A DNA stretch of 35,421 bases from an uncultured Bacilli bacterium (GCA_947628765.1 CANRBD010000001.1:1-35421); one strand, 5' to 3'; positions 25,886 to 34,160 are shown, numbered from the stretch's first letter. Made by a program: numbers and translations. The notes: generated by a model from the letters alone, not told the origin.

Positions 25886-25933
25886 ATTTTCAAATTTTAT
25901 TTGGCTTACTAATTTATGATTAAAATGTTTCTA
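25886..25933. repeat. Decayed 48-nt copy of an internal DUF1848-gene segment (partner at 24917-24965)
   Basis: ATTTTCAAATTTTATTtGGCTTACTAATTTAtGATTAAAAtG-TTTCTA versus the coding copy ATTTTCAAATTTTATTcGGCTTACTAATTTAgGATTAAAAgGaTTTCTA. That is 3 substitutions plus 1 indel. The coding copy encodes VRNPFNPKLVSRIKFEN, whereas the intergenic copy has in-frame stops. Confidence 0.75.
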
Positions 25934-26314
25934 CTATAAACTTTTATAATATTCGATAAATAAATTACCTTGCTCAACTTTTTTAACCTCTTTGAAACCA
26001 TATTTAATAGCCAAAGCATGTCTTTCGATAAAGCTATTTGCTTTTAAAGTTATGACTACTTTTTGATATCCTTTTTCTTTTAAGAACGAAAATATTTCAT
26101 TCATCGCATCCTCATAGTCAAATAAACTATTTGGTGATTTTTCTTCCACACATATCTCAGCAGCATCATCTTTTTTATAAAAGAAAAATTGATGTTCTTC
26201 TCCATTATAATTAACAACATAGTATTCCGCAGTTCCCTTTTCTAAACATTCTTCTAAATATGTCTTTGTTTTTCTACTTTGATATTCTTCTAGTGTCAAT
26301 TTTTTTAAGTTCAT
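25934..26314 (-). CDS. Hypothetical protein with weak GNAT-acetyltransferase-like C-terminal pattern
   Basis: 126 aa from the ATG at 26314 (RBS AGAAGG). The longer track ORF would run through the tRNA terminator hairpin. KGYQKVVITLKANSFIERHALAIKYGFKEV resembles the GNAT core, but no clear Q/RxxGxG/A motif is present. Confidence 0.4.
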   Translation of the reverse strand: MNLKKLTLEEYQSRKTKTYLEECLEKGTAEYYVVNYNGEEHQFFFYKKDDAAEICVEEKSPNSLFDYEDAMNEIFSFLKEKGYQKVVITLKANSFIERHALAIKYGFKEVKKVEQGNLFIEYYKSL

Positions 26315-26350
26315 ATACTGCCTTCTTTCTTTTATAATTAAAAGAATTTT

Positions 26351-26376
26351 ATATTTAAAGCTCGGAAAGCCCGAGC
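26351..26376 (-). terminator. Hairpin terminator downstream of tRNA-Thr
   Basis: GC-rich 6-bp stem GCTCGG (26360-26365) / CCGAGC (26371-26376). TTTAAATAT follows on the minus strand. Confidence 0.5.
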
Positions 26377-26388
26377 ACATTTTTTAAG

Positions 26389-26464
26389 TGGTGCCGAAGA
26401 CAGGAATCGAACCTGCGACCTACTGATTACGAGACAGTTGCTCTACCAGCTGAGCTACTTCGGC
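26389..26464 (-). tRNA. tRNA-Thr (anticodon CGU), CCA encoded
   Basis: The reverse complement folds by hand as a cloverleaf. Acceptor GCCGAAG/CTTCGGC, D arm GCTC..GAGC, anticodon loop CTCGTAA, T arm with TTCGATT, then 3' ACCA. 76 nt. Confidence 0.9.
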
Positions 26465-26486
26465 ATATAAGAAAGATTTTATCTTT

Positions 26487-27017
26487 CTATTTTTTTAATT
26501 TTAATTGTTTTTCTTCTTTAGTTATTTCAAAACCATGTTTAGTATCATTAATTTTCCAAATTATACGGCCAAGTTCTTTGGGTAAACCCATATGAAAATC
26601 ATTACTATAATATAATGTTAATGGACCATATTTTTTACGACTAATACCAAACTTTCTTTCAAAATCTGGCCCTTTAACCCATTCTTTATTATTTATAAAA
26701 TATTTAAAAACTAATAAATCATTATAAGACATCGTATCTTCTCTTAAAAAAGGTTTCACAAGTGGTTCTAAGTCAGTATATTGTTCCACTCCAATTATCG
26801 GTTCATCAATAGGTCCATTATGAATAATCGGATACACAAGCTCGGGATATAATAAATCTTGACATAAATTATGATGTTTTGTAAAGAATATCCCTCTTAA
26901 ATATTTTTGACCTTTAAATAAATTTATTAAATATTCTTTTTTGGTTTGATAAAGTTTTCTTTGATTTATTTTTTGCAAAATACCAATTTTAATATCATCA
27001 ATTTTTATTTCTTCCAT
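26487..27017 (-). CDS. Hypothetical protein (176 aa) embedded between two tRNA genes
   Basis: The ATG at 27017 is preceded by AGGAGGG. It starts 21 nt after the 3' end of tRNA-Leu and stops 22 nt before tRNA-Thr. The track's N-terminal extension overlaps the tRNA and is rejected. No motif recognised. Confidence 0.65.
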   Translation of the reverse strand: MEEIKIDDIKIGILQKINQRKLYQTKKEYLINLFKGQKYLRGIFFTKHHNLCQDLLYPELVYPIIHNGPIDEPIIGVEQYTDLEPLVKPFLREDTMSYNDLLVFKYFINNKEWVKGPDFERKFGISRKKYGPLTLYYSNDFHMGLPKELGRIIWKINDTKHGFEITKEEKQLKLKK

Positions 27018-27038
27018 AAACCCTCCTGAAAAAATAAA

Positions 27039-27124
27039 TGGTGCAGAGGAGGAGACTTGAACTCCCACGAGATTACTCCCACTACCCCCTCAAAGTAGCG
27101 CGTCTACCATTCCGCCACCCCTGC
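27039..27124 (-). tRNA. tRNA-Leu (anticodon GAG), long variable arm, CCA encoded
   Basis: Reverse complement: acceptor GCAGGGG/CCTCTGC, anticodon stem-loop CTACT-TTGAGGG-GGTAG, 15-nt variable arm, T loop TTCAAGT, then 3' ACCA. 86 nt. Confidence 0.9.
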
Positions 27125-27140
27125 AACTCCTACAAATTAT

Positions 27141-27169
27141 ATTATACTAGACTCTTTCAAAACACGCAA
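27141..27169 (-). promoter_or_regulatory. Putative sigmaA promoter of the tRNA-Leu / ORF / tRNA-Thr unit
   Basis: Minus strand: TTGCGT (27169-27164), 17 nt, TATAAT (27146-27141). It lies about 16 nt upstream of the mature tRNA 5' end. Confidence 0.5.
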
Positions 27170-27220
27170 GCATGAAACTAAAATTATGAAAATAAAAAGC
27201 AGTATATAGTCAAAATAATA

Positions 27221-27234
27221 AGAACATACGTTTA
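27221..27234. promoter_or_regulatory. Putative LexA operator (Cheo/SOS box)
   Basis: AGAACATACGTTTA versus the Bacillus-type consensus CGAACRNRYGTTYC. The GAAC-N4-GTT core and the R/Y positions match. It overlaps the -35 of the downstream promoter. Confidence 0.5.
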
Positions 27235-27259
27235 CTTTTGCTTAATTTTATGTTACAAT
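27231..27259 (+). promoter_or_regulatory. Putative sigmaA promoter of the Bro-N/DinD-like gene
   Basis: TTTACT (27231-27236), 17 nt, extended -10 TGtTACAAT (27251-27259). Confidence 0.5.
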
Positions 27260-27292
27260 GAAAAAAATCATAATCAAAAGGATGTGGTAAAA

Positions 27293-28159
27293 ATGGATAA
27301 TAAAATAAAAACTAAAAGTGATTTAATAACAATGTTTGAAAATGTAACCATTAGAACAAAATGGGACTCTGAAATAAATGATTATTATTTCAGCATTGTT
27401 GATGTGATAAAAGCCTTAACTGGAACAAACAGGCCAAGAAAATATTGGAGCGATTTGAAAATTAAGCTACAAAAGGAAGGATCTGAACTGTCCGAAAATA
27501 TCGGACAGTTGAAAATGGTTGCTAGTGATGGAAAATTAAGAATTACTGATGTGTTAGATACTAAAGGAATATTAAGGCTAATACAAAGTATACCTAGTCC
27601 TAAAGCTGAACCTTTTAAACTTTGGCTCGCACAAGTTGGTAATGATAAAATAGATGAAACCTTTGATCCTTCCCTTGCTATTGATAGAGCTATAGCAGCA
27701 TATAGAAAAAAAGGTATGCCAAATGCCTGGATAGAAAGTAGATTAAAAGGTATTATAAGTCGTCATAAACTTACAGATACTTGGAAAGAAAGTGGAATAA
27801 CCGAGCCTTTAGAATATGCTATTCTTACAAATGACATATATAAAACTTGGTCAGGCATGAGTGCTGGTGAATACAAAAATTTTAAAGGCATTAGAAAAGA
27901 AAATTTAAAAGACAATATGACTTCTTTAGAGATTCTTTTAGCAGATATTGGAGAAGTTGCTACTAGAGAATTAGTAAAAGAATATGGCCCTCAAGGTTTA
28001 AATCAAAATCGTGATATTGCCAAACTTGGTGGACAAATTGCCAAAAATACCCGCAATGATTTAGAAAAAAATTTAAACAGGAGTGTAATTACTTCAAAAA
28101 ATAATATTTACATCCAATATATTGATGATAAAGAAACAAAACAAATCGAAACTAAATAA
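27293..28159 (+). CDS. Bro-N domain protein, DinD-like (DNA-damage-inducible protein D family)
   Basis: N-terminal Bro-N-like pattern (FENVTIRTKWDSEINDYYFSIVDVIKALTG). The C-terminal part (NLKDNMTSLEILLADIGEVATRELV...) resembles the DinD layout as I recall it. Start is the ATG at 27293, with GTG at 27284 as an alternative. Confidence 0.6.
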   Translation: MDNKIKTKSDLITMFENVTIRTKWDSEINDYYFSIVDVIKALTGTNRPRKYWSDLKIKLQKEGSELSENIGQLKMVASDGKLRITDVLDTKGILRLIQSIPSPKAEPFKLWLAQVGNDKIDETFDPSLAIDRAIAAYRKKGMPNAWIESRLKGIISRHKLTDTWKESGITEPLEYAILTNDIYKTWSGMSAGEYKNFKGIRKENLKDNMTSLEILLADIGEVATRELVKEYGPQGLNQNRDIAKLGGQIAKNTRNDLEKNLNRSVITSKNNIYIQYIDDKETKQIETK

Positions 28160-28164
28160 ATATT

Positions 28165-28205
28165 ATAAAAAAGACAAATAAGTTTATATTACCTATTTGT
28201 CAATA
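28165..28205. terminator. Hairpin between convergent genes (possible bidirectional terminator)
   Basis: Stem GACAAATA (28173-28180) / TATTTGTC (28194-28201). The loop is large (13 nt) and there is an A run upstream. Confidence 0.4.
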
Positions 28206-28208
28206 TAA

Positions 28209-29528
28209 TTATTTACTCTTTAAAGCTTTAAACATCTTCTTCCACAAATCCTTAGAAGAATAATTTAAAATGCCTTCTTTATATACTCTAAAGCCATATT
28301 TTACTAAAATAAAGATAGTTAAAATTACTAAAATAATGGCAATTACAAACTCGATTACACTAAACTCCCCTAGAACAAGTAAACATGGTGCCAAAATGGC
28401 GGAAATAAATGGCACAAAGGCAATTACTTTAATAAATAATGATCCTTCAAAGACTCCAGCCATAACGGCTAAATAATAACCAACTAAAGAAATAATCATG
28501 ATTGGTGTTTGCAGTTGTTGAAAATCTTCAATATTAGTCGTCATTGACGCTAAAACTCCAGCTAATAAAGAATAAGCGACAAATGTTAATAACATCATTA
28601 GTAAAGCTAGAGGAATAATATACGTAAGCTGGCTACCAATATCACTTTGTAAAATAGATGACAACGTACTTCCAATATCTAAATTGGCCATCTGCATAAT
28701 ACTACCGGTGCCTAAAAAGCCTCTTACAATTAAACCAATCACCCCAAATAAAACTAACAATAAGCCTTGAATAATTACAAATAAATTGCTGGAAATGACC
28801 TTAGATAGCAAATGAACTTTTGGTGATACATTCGAAATAATTATTTCCATACCACGAGTTGTTTTTTCATCATTAACCTCAGCCCCAATCATTTGAACGA
28901 GAAAAATGGTTAAAGCAAAAAATGGTAAAATGAACACTGGAAAAATTGTCGATAAAATCATCTGCATATTTTCATCTTCACTTTTTTTATCTTTATCTAA
29001 TACTTCTCTTTGAATTTCAATCGGACTAGAAATTTTAGCTAAATCATTAGGATTGATGTGACTTTCAGCTAAAGCAATTTGACTTTTAGCATTATTAATA
29101 ATTGTCGTAAGGCCGGCATAATCAGTTGTACTTATATAGCCCTCTGAAATAAGTTTAGCTTTTAAAACATTTTCATTATCGTTATCTAAAACTAAAACCC
29201 AAGCATCTTTATGTTTTTTCTCTTTAAGTAGTGTCCTAGCTTTTTTCGTTGTCGCTTTTATCTTAAATGGTGAGCCATCATCAGAAGCAAAAATAGATGA
29301 ATAATTATCATTTTGATGTTTTAAAACATCAAAGGTCCTATGAGAATTATCAATGACAAACACCTCTTGTTTACTATCGAAATCACCACCAAACGCTTTT
29401 ATCACACTATCGATATTAATAAGACCCACAATTAATATTAAAAGTAAAACATTGACAACCCAAAACCATTTAGTTTTGATTTTACGGTCAAGACTTACTT
29501 TCACTAAATATTTTAATTTAGTTTTCAT
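28209..29528 (-). CDS. ABC-2 type exporter permease (NatB/YhaP-like)
   Basis: One N-terminal TM, a large extracytoplasmic loop, then about 5 C-terminal TMs. It overlaps the upstream ATPase gene by 11 nt. Start moved to the ATG at 29528 after AGGTGA. Confidence 0.75.
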   Translation of the reverse strand: MKTKLKYLVKVSLDRKIKTKWFWVVNVLLLILIVGLINIDSVIKAFGGDFDSKQEVFVIDNSHRTFDVLKHQNDNYSSIFASDDGSPFKIKATTKKARTLLKEKKHKDAWVLVLDNDNENVLKAKLISEGYISTTDYAGLTTIINNAKSQIALAESHINPNDLAKISSPIEIQREVLDKDKKSEDENMQMILSTIFPVFILPFFALTIFLVQMIGAEVNDEKTTRGMEIIISNVSPKVHLLSKVISSNLFVIIQGLLLVLFGVIGLIVRGFLGTGSIMQMANLDIGSTLSSILQSDIGSQLTYIIPLALLMMLLTFVAYSLLAGVLASMTTNIEDFQQLQTPIMIISLVGYYLAVMAGVFEGSLFIKVIAFVPFISAILAPCLLVLGEFSVIEFVIAIILVILTIFILVKYGFRVYKEGILNYSSKDLWKKMFKALKSK

Positions 29529-30417
29529 ATGTCTCACCTACCTTATCGATAAATATTTCATTAAGTGATGGTTCTTCGACAACAAATTTAGAAATATTAG
29601 GGCTTTTACTAACAATATTAAAAACTTTATCTTTTACACTTTCATCAGATATTTTAATTTCATATTCATCGGGCTTAGTGATAACTTCCAATACACCCTC
29701 GATTTTTTTGATTTTATCTATGTCAATATCACCTTTAACTAAAATGTTTTTCTTACGATATTTTCTTTTAATATCTTTTAAATCACCACTTAAAACATCT
29801 TTGCCGGCTTTTAAAACCACAATTTTTTTACAAAATAATTCAACATGTTCCATACGGTGAGTAGAAAAAATAATCATGCTGCCTTTTTTGGCCATATCTT
29901 TTAATTCTTCTTTAAAAAGCTCGACATTAAAAGGATCTAAACCAGAAAATGGTTCATCACAAATAAGTAATCTTGGTTTATTTAAAATAGCGGTAATAAA
30001 TTGAATTTTCTGTTGATTACCTTTGGAAAGTTCTTTTATTTTTTTATTTTTATAGTTTGGAATACCAAATTTAGTTAATAGTTCATCTAAACGGTCATCG
30101 ATTTCTTTGACAGTCATGCCTTTTAAAATTCCATAATAGTGGCATTGTTCTTTAACTGTAAGTTTCGTAAGCAAGCTACGCTCCTCTGTTAAAAAACCAA
30201 TAGTATCAGTGACACTATAATCGATTTTTTTACCATCTAAAGTTACTTTACCAGCTGTAGGTTCCAAAAGACCGATAATCATTCTAAAAGTTGTCGTTTT
30301 ACCAGCGCCATTAACCCCAAGTAAGCCAAAGATTTCTCCTGGTGATACCGTAAATGATAAATTATCCACGGCACAAAAATCACCATAATATTTTGAAATA
30401 TTTTCCACTTTAAGCAT
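29518..30417 (-). CDS. ABC transporter ATP-binding protein (NatA/YhaQ-like)
   Basis: Walker A GVNGAGKTTT, signature LSKGNQQK, Walker B LLICDEPFSGLD, plus a ~70-aa C-terminal extension. Start moved to the ATG at 30417 after AGGTGA. Confidence 0.88.
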   Translation of the reverse strand: MLKVENISKYYGDFCAVDNLSFTVSPGEIFGLLGVNGAGKTTTFRMIIGLLEPTAGKVTLDGKKIDYSVTDTIGFLTEERSLLTKLTVKEQCHYYGILKGMTVKEIDDRLDELLTKFGIPNYKNKKIKELSKGNQQKIQFITAILNKPRLLICDEPFSGLDPFNVELFKEELKDMAKKGSMIIFSTHRMEHVELFCKKIVVLKAGKDVLSGDLKDIKRKYRKKNILVKGDIDIDKIKKIEGVLEVITKPDEYEIKISDESVKDKVFNIVSKSPNISKFVVEEPSLNEIFIDKVGETYEN

Positions 30418-30473
30418 TTTTATCACCTAATCTAATTATAACATGATTTTCCTTTAAATACACTAAATTAAGC

Positions 30474-30500
30474 ACAAGAAAACCTATAAAATTATAGGTT
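30474..30500 (-). terminator. Rho-independent terminator after rseP
   Basis: Stem AACCTATAA (30481-30489) / TTATAGGTT (30492-30500). TTTCTT follows on the minus strand. Confidence 0.6.
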
Positions 30501-31540
30501 TATTTAATTAATCTAATAACATCGTTATAAGTTACCAATATCATTAAGGCCATTAGTAAGAAAAAGCCAATAGTATGAATTGTATTTTCTAATTTTGGAT
30601 CTACTGGTGACCCTTTTATTTTCTCAATAATTAAGAATAATATTCTACCACCATCAAAAGCTGGAATTGGTAAAAAGTTAATGAAGCCAACATTGATACT
30701 GATATACGCTGTCAAATATAAAAGTGATATGAAACCAGCGGTAGCGGCATCACCCACGACATTATATATACCAACAGGTCCAGCAAGCGAACCTAATTCA
30801 AGCTGTCCAGTAATTAAATAGAAAACAATAAATAACATTTGATGAATTAAACTAAATGTTTTCGTAAAGGCATATTTTAAAGAAGCAAGAAAGCCATATT
30901 CAACTTCATCATTCATCTTAAAGCCATATTTATAAGTCGTTTTGCCTTTTTCTTTAACCTCTGTTGGTTTCATTTTGATTTTTTCAATACTGCCATTTCT
31001 TTCAACCTCTAAGGTTATAGGCTCACCCATAAATACTTGTAATTGAAGTGTGAGTTTATCACTAGTATTGGCATTGCGACCATTAAGTTTTAAAACATGA
31101 TCGCCTTCTTGCAAACCAGCGGCATCAGCCGGCATATCAGGAGTGATGGTGCCAACTATCGCTTTATTTTGAGGTGCCCCATTTACAAGACCCACAATAA
31201 ATAGTAAAACGATAGCTAAAATAAAGTTCATCATGATACCAGCAATCACAGTCATAAATTTTTGGCCGAAAGTTTTGGTATTAAATTTTTTATCTTTAGG
31301 GATTGATTTGTCATCTTCGATTTCCTCACCGGCCATCTGAACAAACCCACCAATCGGAAATAGTCTTAAACAGTAATCAGTTTCATCGTTTTTACGATTC
31401 CACTTGAATATTCTAGGACCCATTCCTAAAGAAAATTCATAAACATAAATGCCTGATTTTTTGGCAAAAATGAAATGTCCAAGTTCATGAATAAAAATGA
31501 TTACACCTAAAATTATAATAAAGTATAGTAATGTTAACAT
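30500..31540 (-). CDS. rseP: RIP zinc metalloprotease RseP/RasP (site-2 protease)
   Basis: HELGHF in TM1, a central PDZ-like segment, and a C-terminal NFLPIPAFDGG motif. RBS AGGAGG. Confidence 0.9.
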   Translation of the reverse strand: MLTLLYFIIILGVIIFIHELGHFIFAKKSGIYVYEFSLGMGPRIFKWNRKNDETDYCLRLFPIGGFVQMAGEEIEDDKSIPKDKKFNTKTFGQKFMTVIAGIMMNFILAIVLLFIVGLVNGAPQNKAIVGTITPDMPADAAGLQEGDHVLKLNGRNANTSDKLTLQLQVFMGEPITLEVERNGSIEKIKMKPTEVKEKGKTTYKYGFKMNDEVEYGFLASLKYAFTKTFSLIHQMLFIVFYLITGQLELGSLAGPVGIYNVVGDAATAGFISLLYLTAYISINVGFINFLPIPAFDGGRILFLIIEKIKGSPVDPKLENTIHTIGFFLLMALMILVTYNDVIRLIK

Positions 31541-31550
31541 TAAGGGCCTC

Positions 31551-32351
31551 CTATAAAATATTTATGAAAAAAGTAAAACCTAAAATCACAAAAATAATAC
31601 TATCTAAACGATCTAATATACCACCATGTCCAGGCATAATATTAGAAAAATCTTTAATTCCAAAATAACGTTTCATAGCTGAAAATACTAAATCTCCAAA
31701 TTGACCTAATAAAGATAGAAAAGTACAAACAGCTAAAATAGTAAATTTTGAAACACTAGGATCAATACATGTATAGTAGAACATGCTACTTACAAATACC
31801 CCCATAATCGTTCCAATAATTAAACCTTCCCAAGTTTTATTTGGCGATATTTCAACTAATAATTTATGTTTACCAATAAGCATACCACTTACATAAGCAA
31901 AAATATCGGTAGTTATGGTTATGGTAAATAGGAACACAAAGACTTTTAAATCTAAGTTACGGGCCATAATAAGTAAGGCTAAACTGATACCTAAAAATAA
32001 TACTCCGCCGATCATATAAAAAGCATCAGTAATATTATATTTTTTGGCATCGTGATACAAAACGGCAGGTAGTAAAAAAGCAATAAATAAAGATGCCAAA
32101 ACGCGGTAATCTAAACTAAATAAAGTTGAAGCTGACCTTACATCCACTAACACTATTAAGGTCAAAAAGATATAAGCAATTAAATTAATAAAAAATGGAA
32201 TTTCTTTTTTCTTCCCTCTAGCATCTAAAAATTCTTTTAGGGCTAGTACACTTACAATATAAGCGGCAATATTAAAAATTATACCACCTTTAATAATAAT
32301 TGGAATAAAAATTAATAAAGCTACGATTGCACTAATTACTCTTTTGGTCAT
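31551..32351 (-). CDS. cdsA: Phosphatidate cytidylyltransferase
   Basis: Polytopic protein with C-terminal signature SAMKRYFGIKDFSNIMPGHGGILDRLDS. Start moved to the ATG at 32351 after TGGAGG. It overlaps the uppS 3' end by 20 nt. Confidence 0.9.
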   Translation of the reverse strand: MTKRVISAIVALLIFIPIIIKGGIIFNIAAYIVSVLALKEFLDARGKKKEIPFFINLIAYIFLTLIVLVDVRSASTLFSLDYRVLASLFIAFLLPAVLYHDAKKYNITDAFYMIGGVLFLGISLALLIMARNLDLKVFVFLFTITITTDIFAYVSGMLIGKHKLLVEISPNKTWEGLIIGTIMGVFVSSMFYYTCIDPSVSKFTILAVCTFLSLLGQFGDLVFSAMKRYFGIKDFSNIMPGHGGILDRLDSIIFVILGFTFFINIL

Positions 32352-33060
32352 TGTTAACGCCTCCAAATCTACGATTTCTTTTATTATATTCTATCAAAGC
32401 TTCTTCAAAAGCCTTATTATCAAAATCAGGAAAATAGACTTTAGGAAAATAGAACTCGGCATATGAACATTGCCAAAGCATAAAATTGCTGATACGCATC
32501 TCGCCACTAGTTCTAATTAATAAGTCAACTGGTGGAAGTTCATGATATAGATATTTTTCATATACCTTTTCATCTAAAGTTTCAATATCTAATTTTCCAT
32601 TTTGAACTTCTTCAACTATTTTTTTAGTGGCATCGACAATTTCGGCATGTCCGCCATAATTAAAGCAAATATTAAAGTATCTATTTTCATAGGTTTTAGT
32701 TTCTTCCTCAATTTGTTCCATTGCCGTAATTACTTTAGAACTTAAACCTCTTTTTCTACCTGAAAAATAAACATGAATCTTTTCTTCGTGACAAAAAGCT
32801 AAAATTTCTTTTAATTTACCAGTAAGCAAATTCATAATAAAACTGACTTCGCTTTGACTGCGTTTAAAATTTTCAGTAGAAAATAAATAAGCACTTATAT
32901 AACTAATACCTCTTTTAAACATATAAGCGGTTAATTTTTGCAAGTTAATAAATCCCGCTTCATGTCCTTTGCTACGAGATAAACCTCTTTCTGTCCCCCA
33001 GCGACCATTGCCATCAACAATAATGCCAACATGATTGGGGATTTTTAATGCCTCTTCCAT
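32332..33060 (-). CDS. uppS: Isoprenyl transferase (undecaprenyl-diphosphate synthase)
   Basis: Motifs HVGIIVDGNGRW and RTSGEMRISNFMLWQ. 242 aa. Confidence 0.93.
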   Translation of the reverse strand: MEEALKIPNHVGIIVDGNGRWGTERGLSRSKGHEAGFINLQKLTAYMFKRGISYISAYLFSTENFKRSQSEVSFIMNLLTGKLKEILAFCHEEKIHVYFSGRKRGLSSKVITAMEQIEEETKTYENRYFNICFNYGGHAEIVDATKKIVEEVQNGKLDIETLDEKVYEKYLYHELPPVDLLIRTSGEMRISNFMLWQCSYAEFYFPKVYFPDFDNKAFEEALIEYNKRNRRFGGVNNDQKSN

Positions 33061-33171
33061 TAAACTACCTCACTATCTTATATACTAAAGAATATGTCTA
33101 ATACATTTCCTCTTTACCTTTTAACTATTATCATAATTATACCATGCTTCATTTTTTAAGGTCAAGAATAT

Positions 33172-33201
33172 ATAAAGAAAACACATAGATTTTTCTATGT
33201 G
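33172..33201 (-). terminator. Rho-independent terminator after the 317-aa ORF
   Basis: Stem CACATAGA (33182-33189) / TCTATGTG (33194-33201) with loop TTTT. TTTTCTTT follows on the minus strand. Confidence 0.7.
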
Positions 33202-33206
33202 CTTCA

Positions 33207-34160
33207 TTATTTTCTAGTTTTTGTTTTAACATGTGGTTTGTTATATGGGGTTTCATTAGATGATTCGATCATACAATTATTTGTAAAGTAGCTGTCATGG
33301 TATTTTCCATAATCAAACCATAAATCCATAGATTGAAATAAATCATTAATCATATATTTATTCATGTAATAATAAACATCTGTACCTTTAAAATTACCCA
33401 TATATTCCTTTTGATGCGAAAATTGAATACCACCAACTAGGCCTTCTTTGGCAATTAATTTTTTTGTTTTTTCATCGATTAACCATTCAACAGGAAGAAC
33501 TTCTACCCAGTAATATTCCTTATCAGGAAGACATTTTTGTCCACTCGCAAAAGTAAATTGCTGTTCATATTTATCAAGGTTAGGTTTAATTTTAATAAAT
33601 TTACGATTATTATACACATATTCTTCACAAATAATTGGGTTAAATGCTACTGAAAAATCATGATTATCAGTGCCATCAAAAGTATAATGCCTATCAGTTT
33701 TATCAAGTAAATTTTCAGAATCTAATTCATCCAATGTCCTTTGAATCGTTTCATCAGGAACATATTGTGGATATTCCCCTAATAAAACAGTTTTAACACC
33801 ATCTGAATAATCGGCATACTCTATTAAATCAGCCATAAAACTTTTTGATACTTTTAAGACTGGGCGAATAGTTCTAGTGCGTCTATCACTATAAGTATTA
33901 CCGATATCTCCATCATGAAATATTACTTTCGTATTACCATCGTCAGACCTTAGCCAAAACCATCCAGCTCTTGGTCGATATGGACCTAAATCACAATTAA
34001 AAATTTTTAAATTATCTTGTCTACCGTAATAGCTACCAGTAAGCATAGCTAAATCAGTGATCGGCGTAATAATTCCATATTCATCTAAAACCTCTAGTTT
34101 TTTATCATAATTAGTAAGTTCTTTCTCTGAAAGTAAAGTTAATTTTAGTTTATCTAACAT
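33207..34160 (-). CDS. Hypothetical protein with an N-terminal DUF6273-like (WxWLRS ... VRP) module
   Basis: Start at the ATG at 34160 after AAGGAGG. Segment LLSEKEL...ITPITDLAMLTGSYYG...GWFWLRSDDGNTKVIFHDGDIGNTYSDRRTRTIRPVLKV resembles the WWLRSP...VRPAL pattern of DUF6273 proteins. The remaining ~200 aa are unrecognised. Confidence 0.55.
   Translation of the reverse strand: MLDKLKLTLLSEKELTNYDKKLEVLDEYGIITPITDLAMLTGSYYGRQDNLKIFNCDLGPYRPRAGWFWLRSDDGNTKVIFHDGDIGNTYSDRRTRTIRPVLKVSKSFMADLIEYADYSDGVKTVLLGEYPQYVPDETIQRTLDELDSENLLDKTDRHYTFDGTDNHDFSVAFNPIICEEYVYNNRKFIKIKPNLDKYEQQFTFASGQKCLPDKEYYWVEVLPVEWLIDEKTKKLIAKEGLVGGIQFSHQKEYMGNFKGTDVYYYMNKYMINDLFQSMDLWFDYGKYHDSYFTNNCMIESSNETPYNKPHVKTKTRK

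Noticed and set aside
26315-26380. N-terminal extension of the GNAT-like ORF (track start 26380)
   Set aside because: The extension would be translated through the GC-rich terminator hairpin of tRNA-Thr and has no RBS. The internal ATG at 26314 has AGAAGG upstream.
27018-27068. N-terminal extension of the 193-aa track ORF (MGVQVSSSAPFIFSGGF...)
   Set aside because: It overlaps the 3' half of tRNA-Leu(GAG). The ATG at 27017 is preceded by a consensus AGGAGGG.
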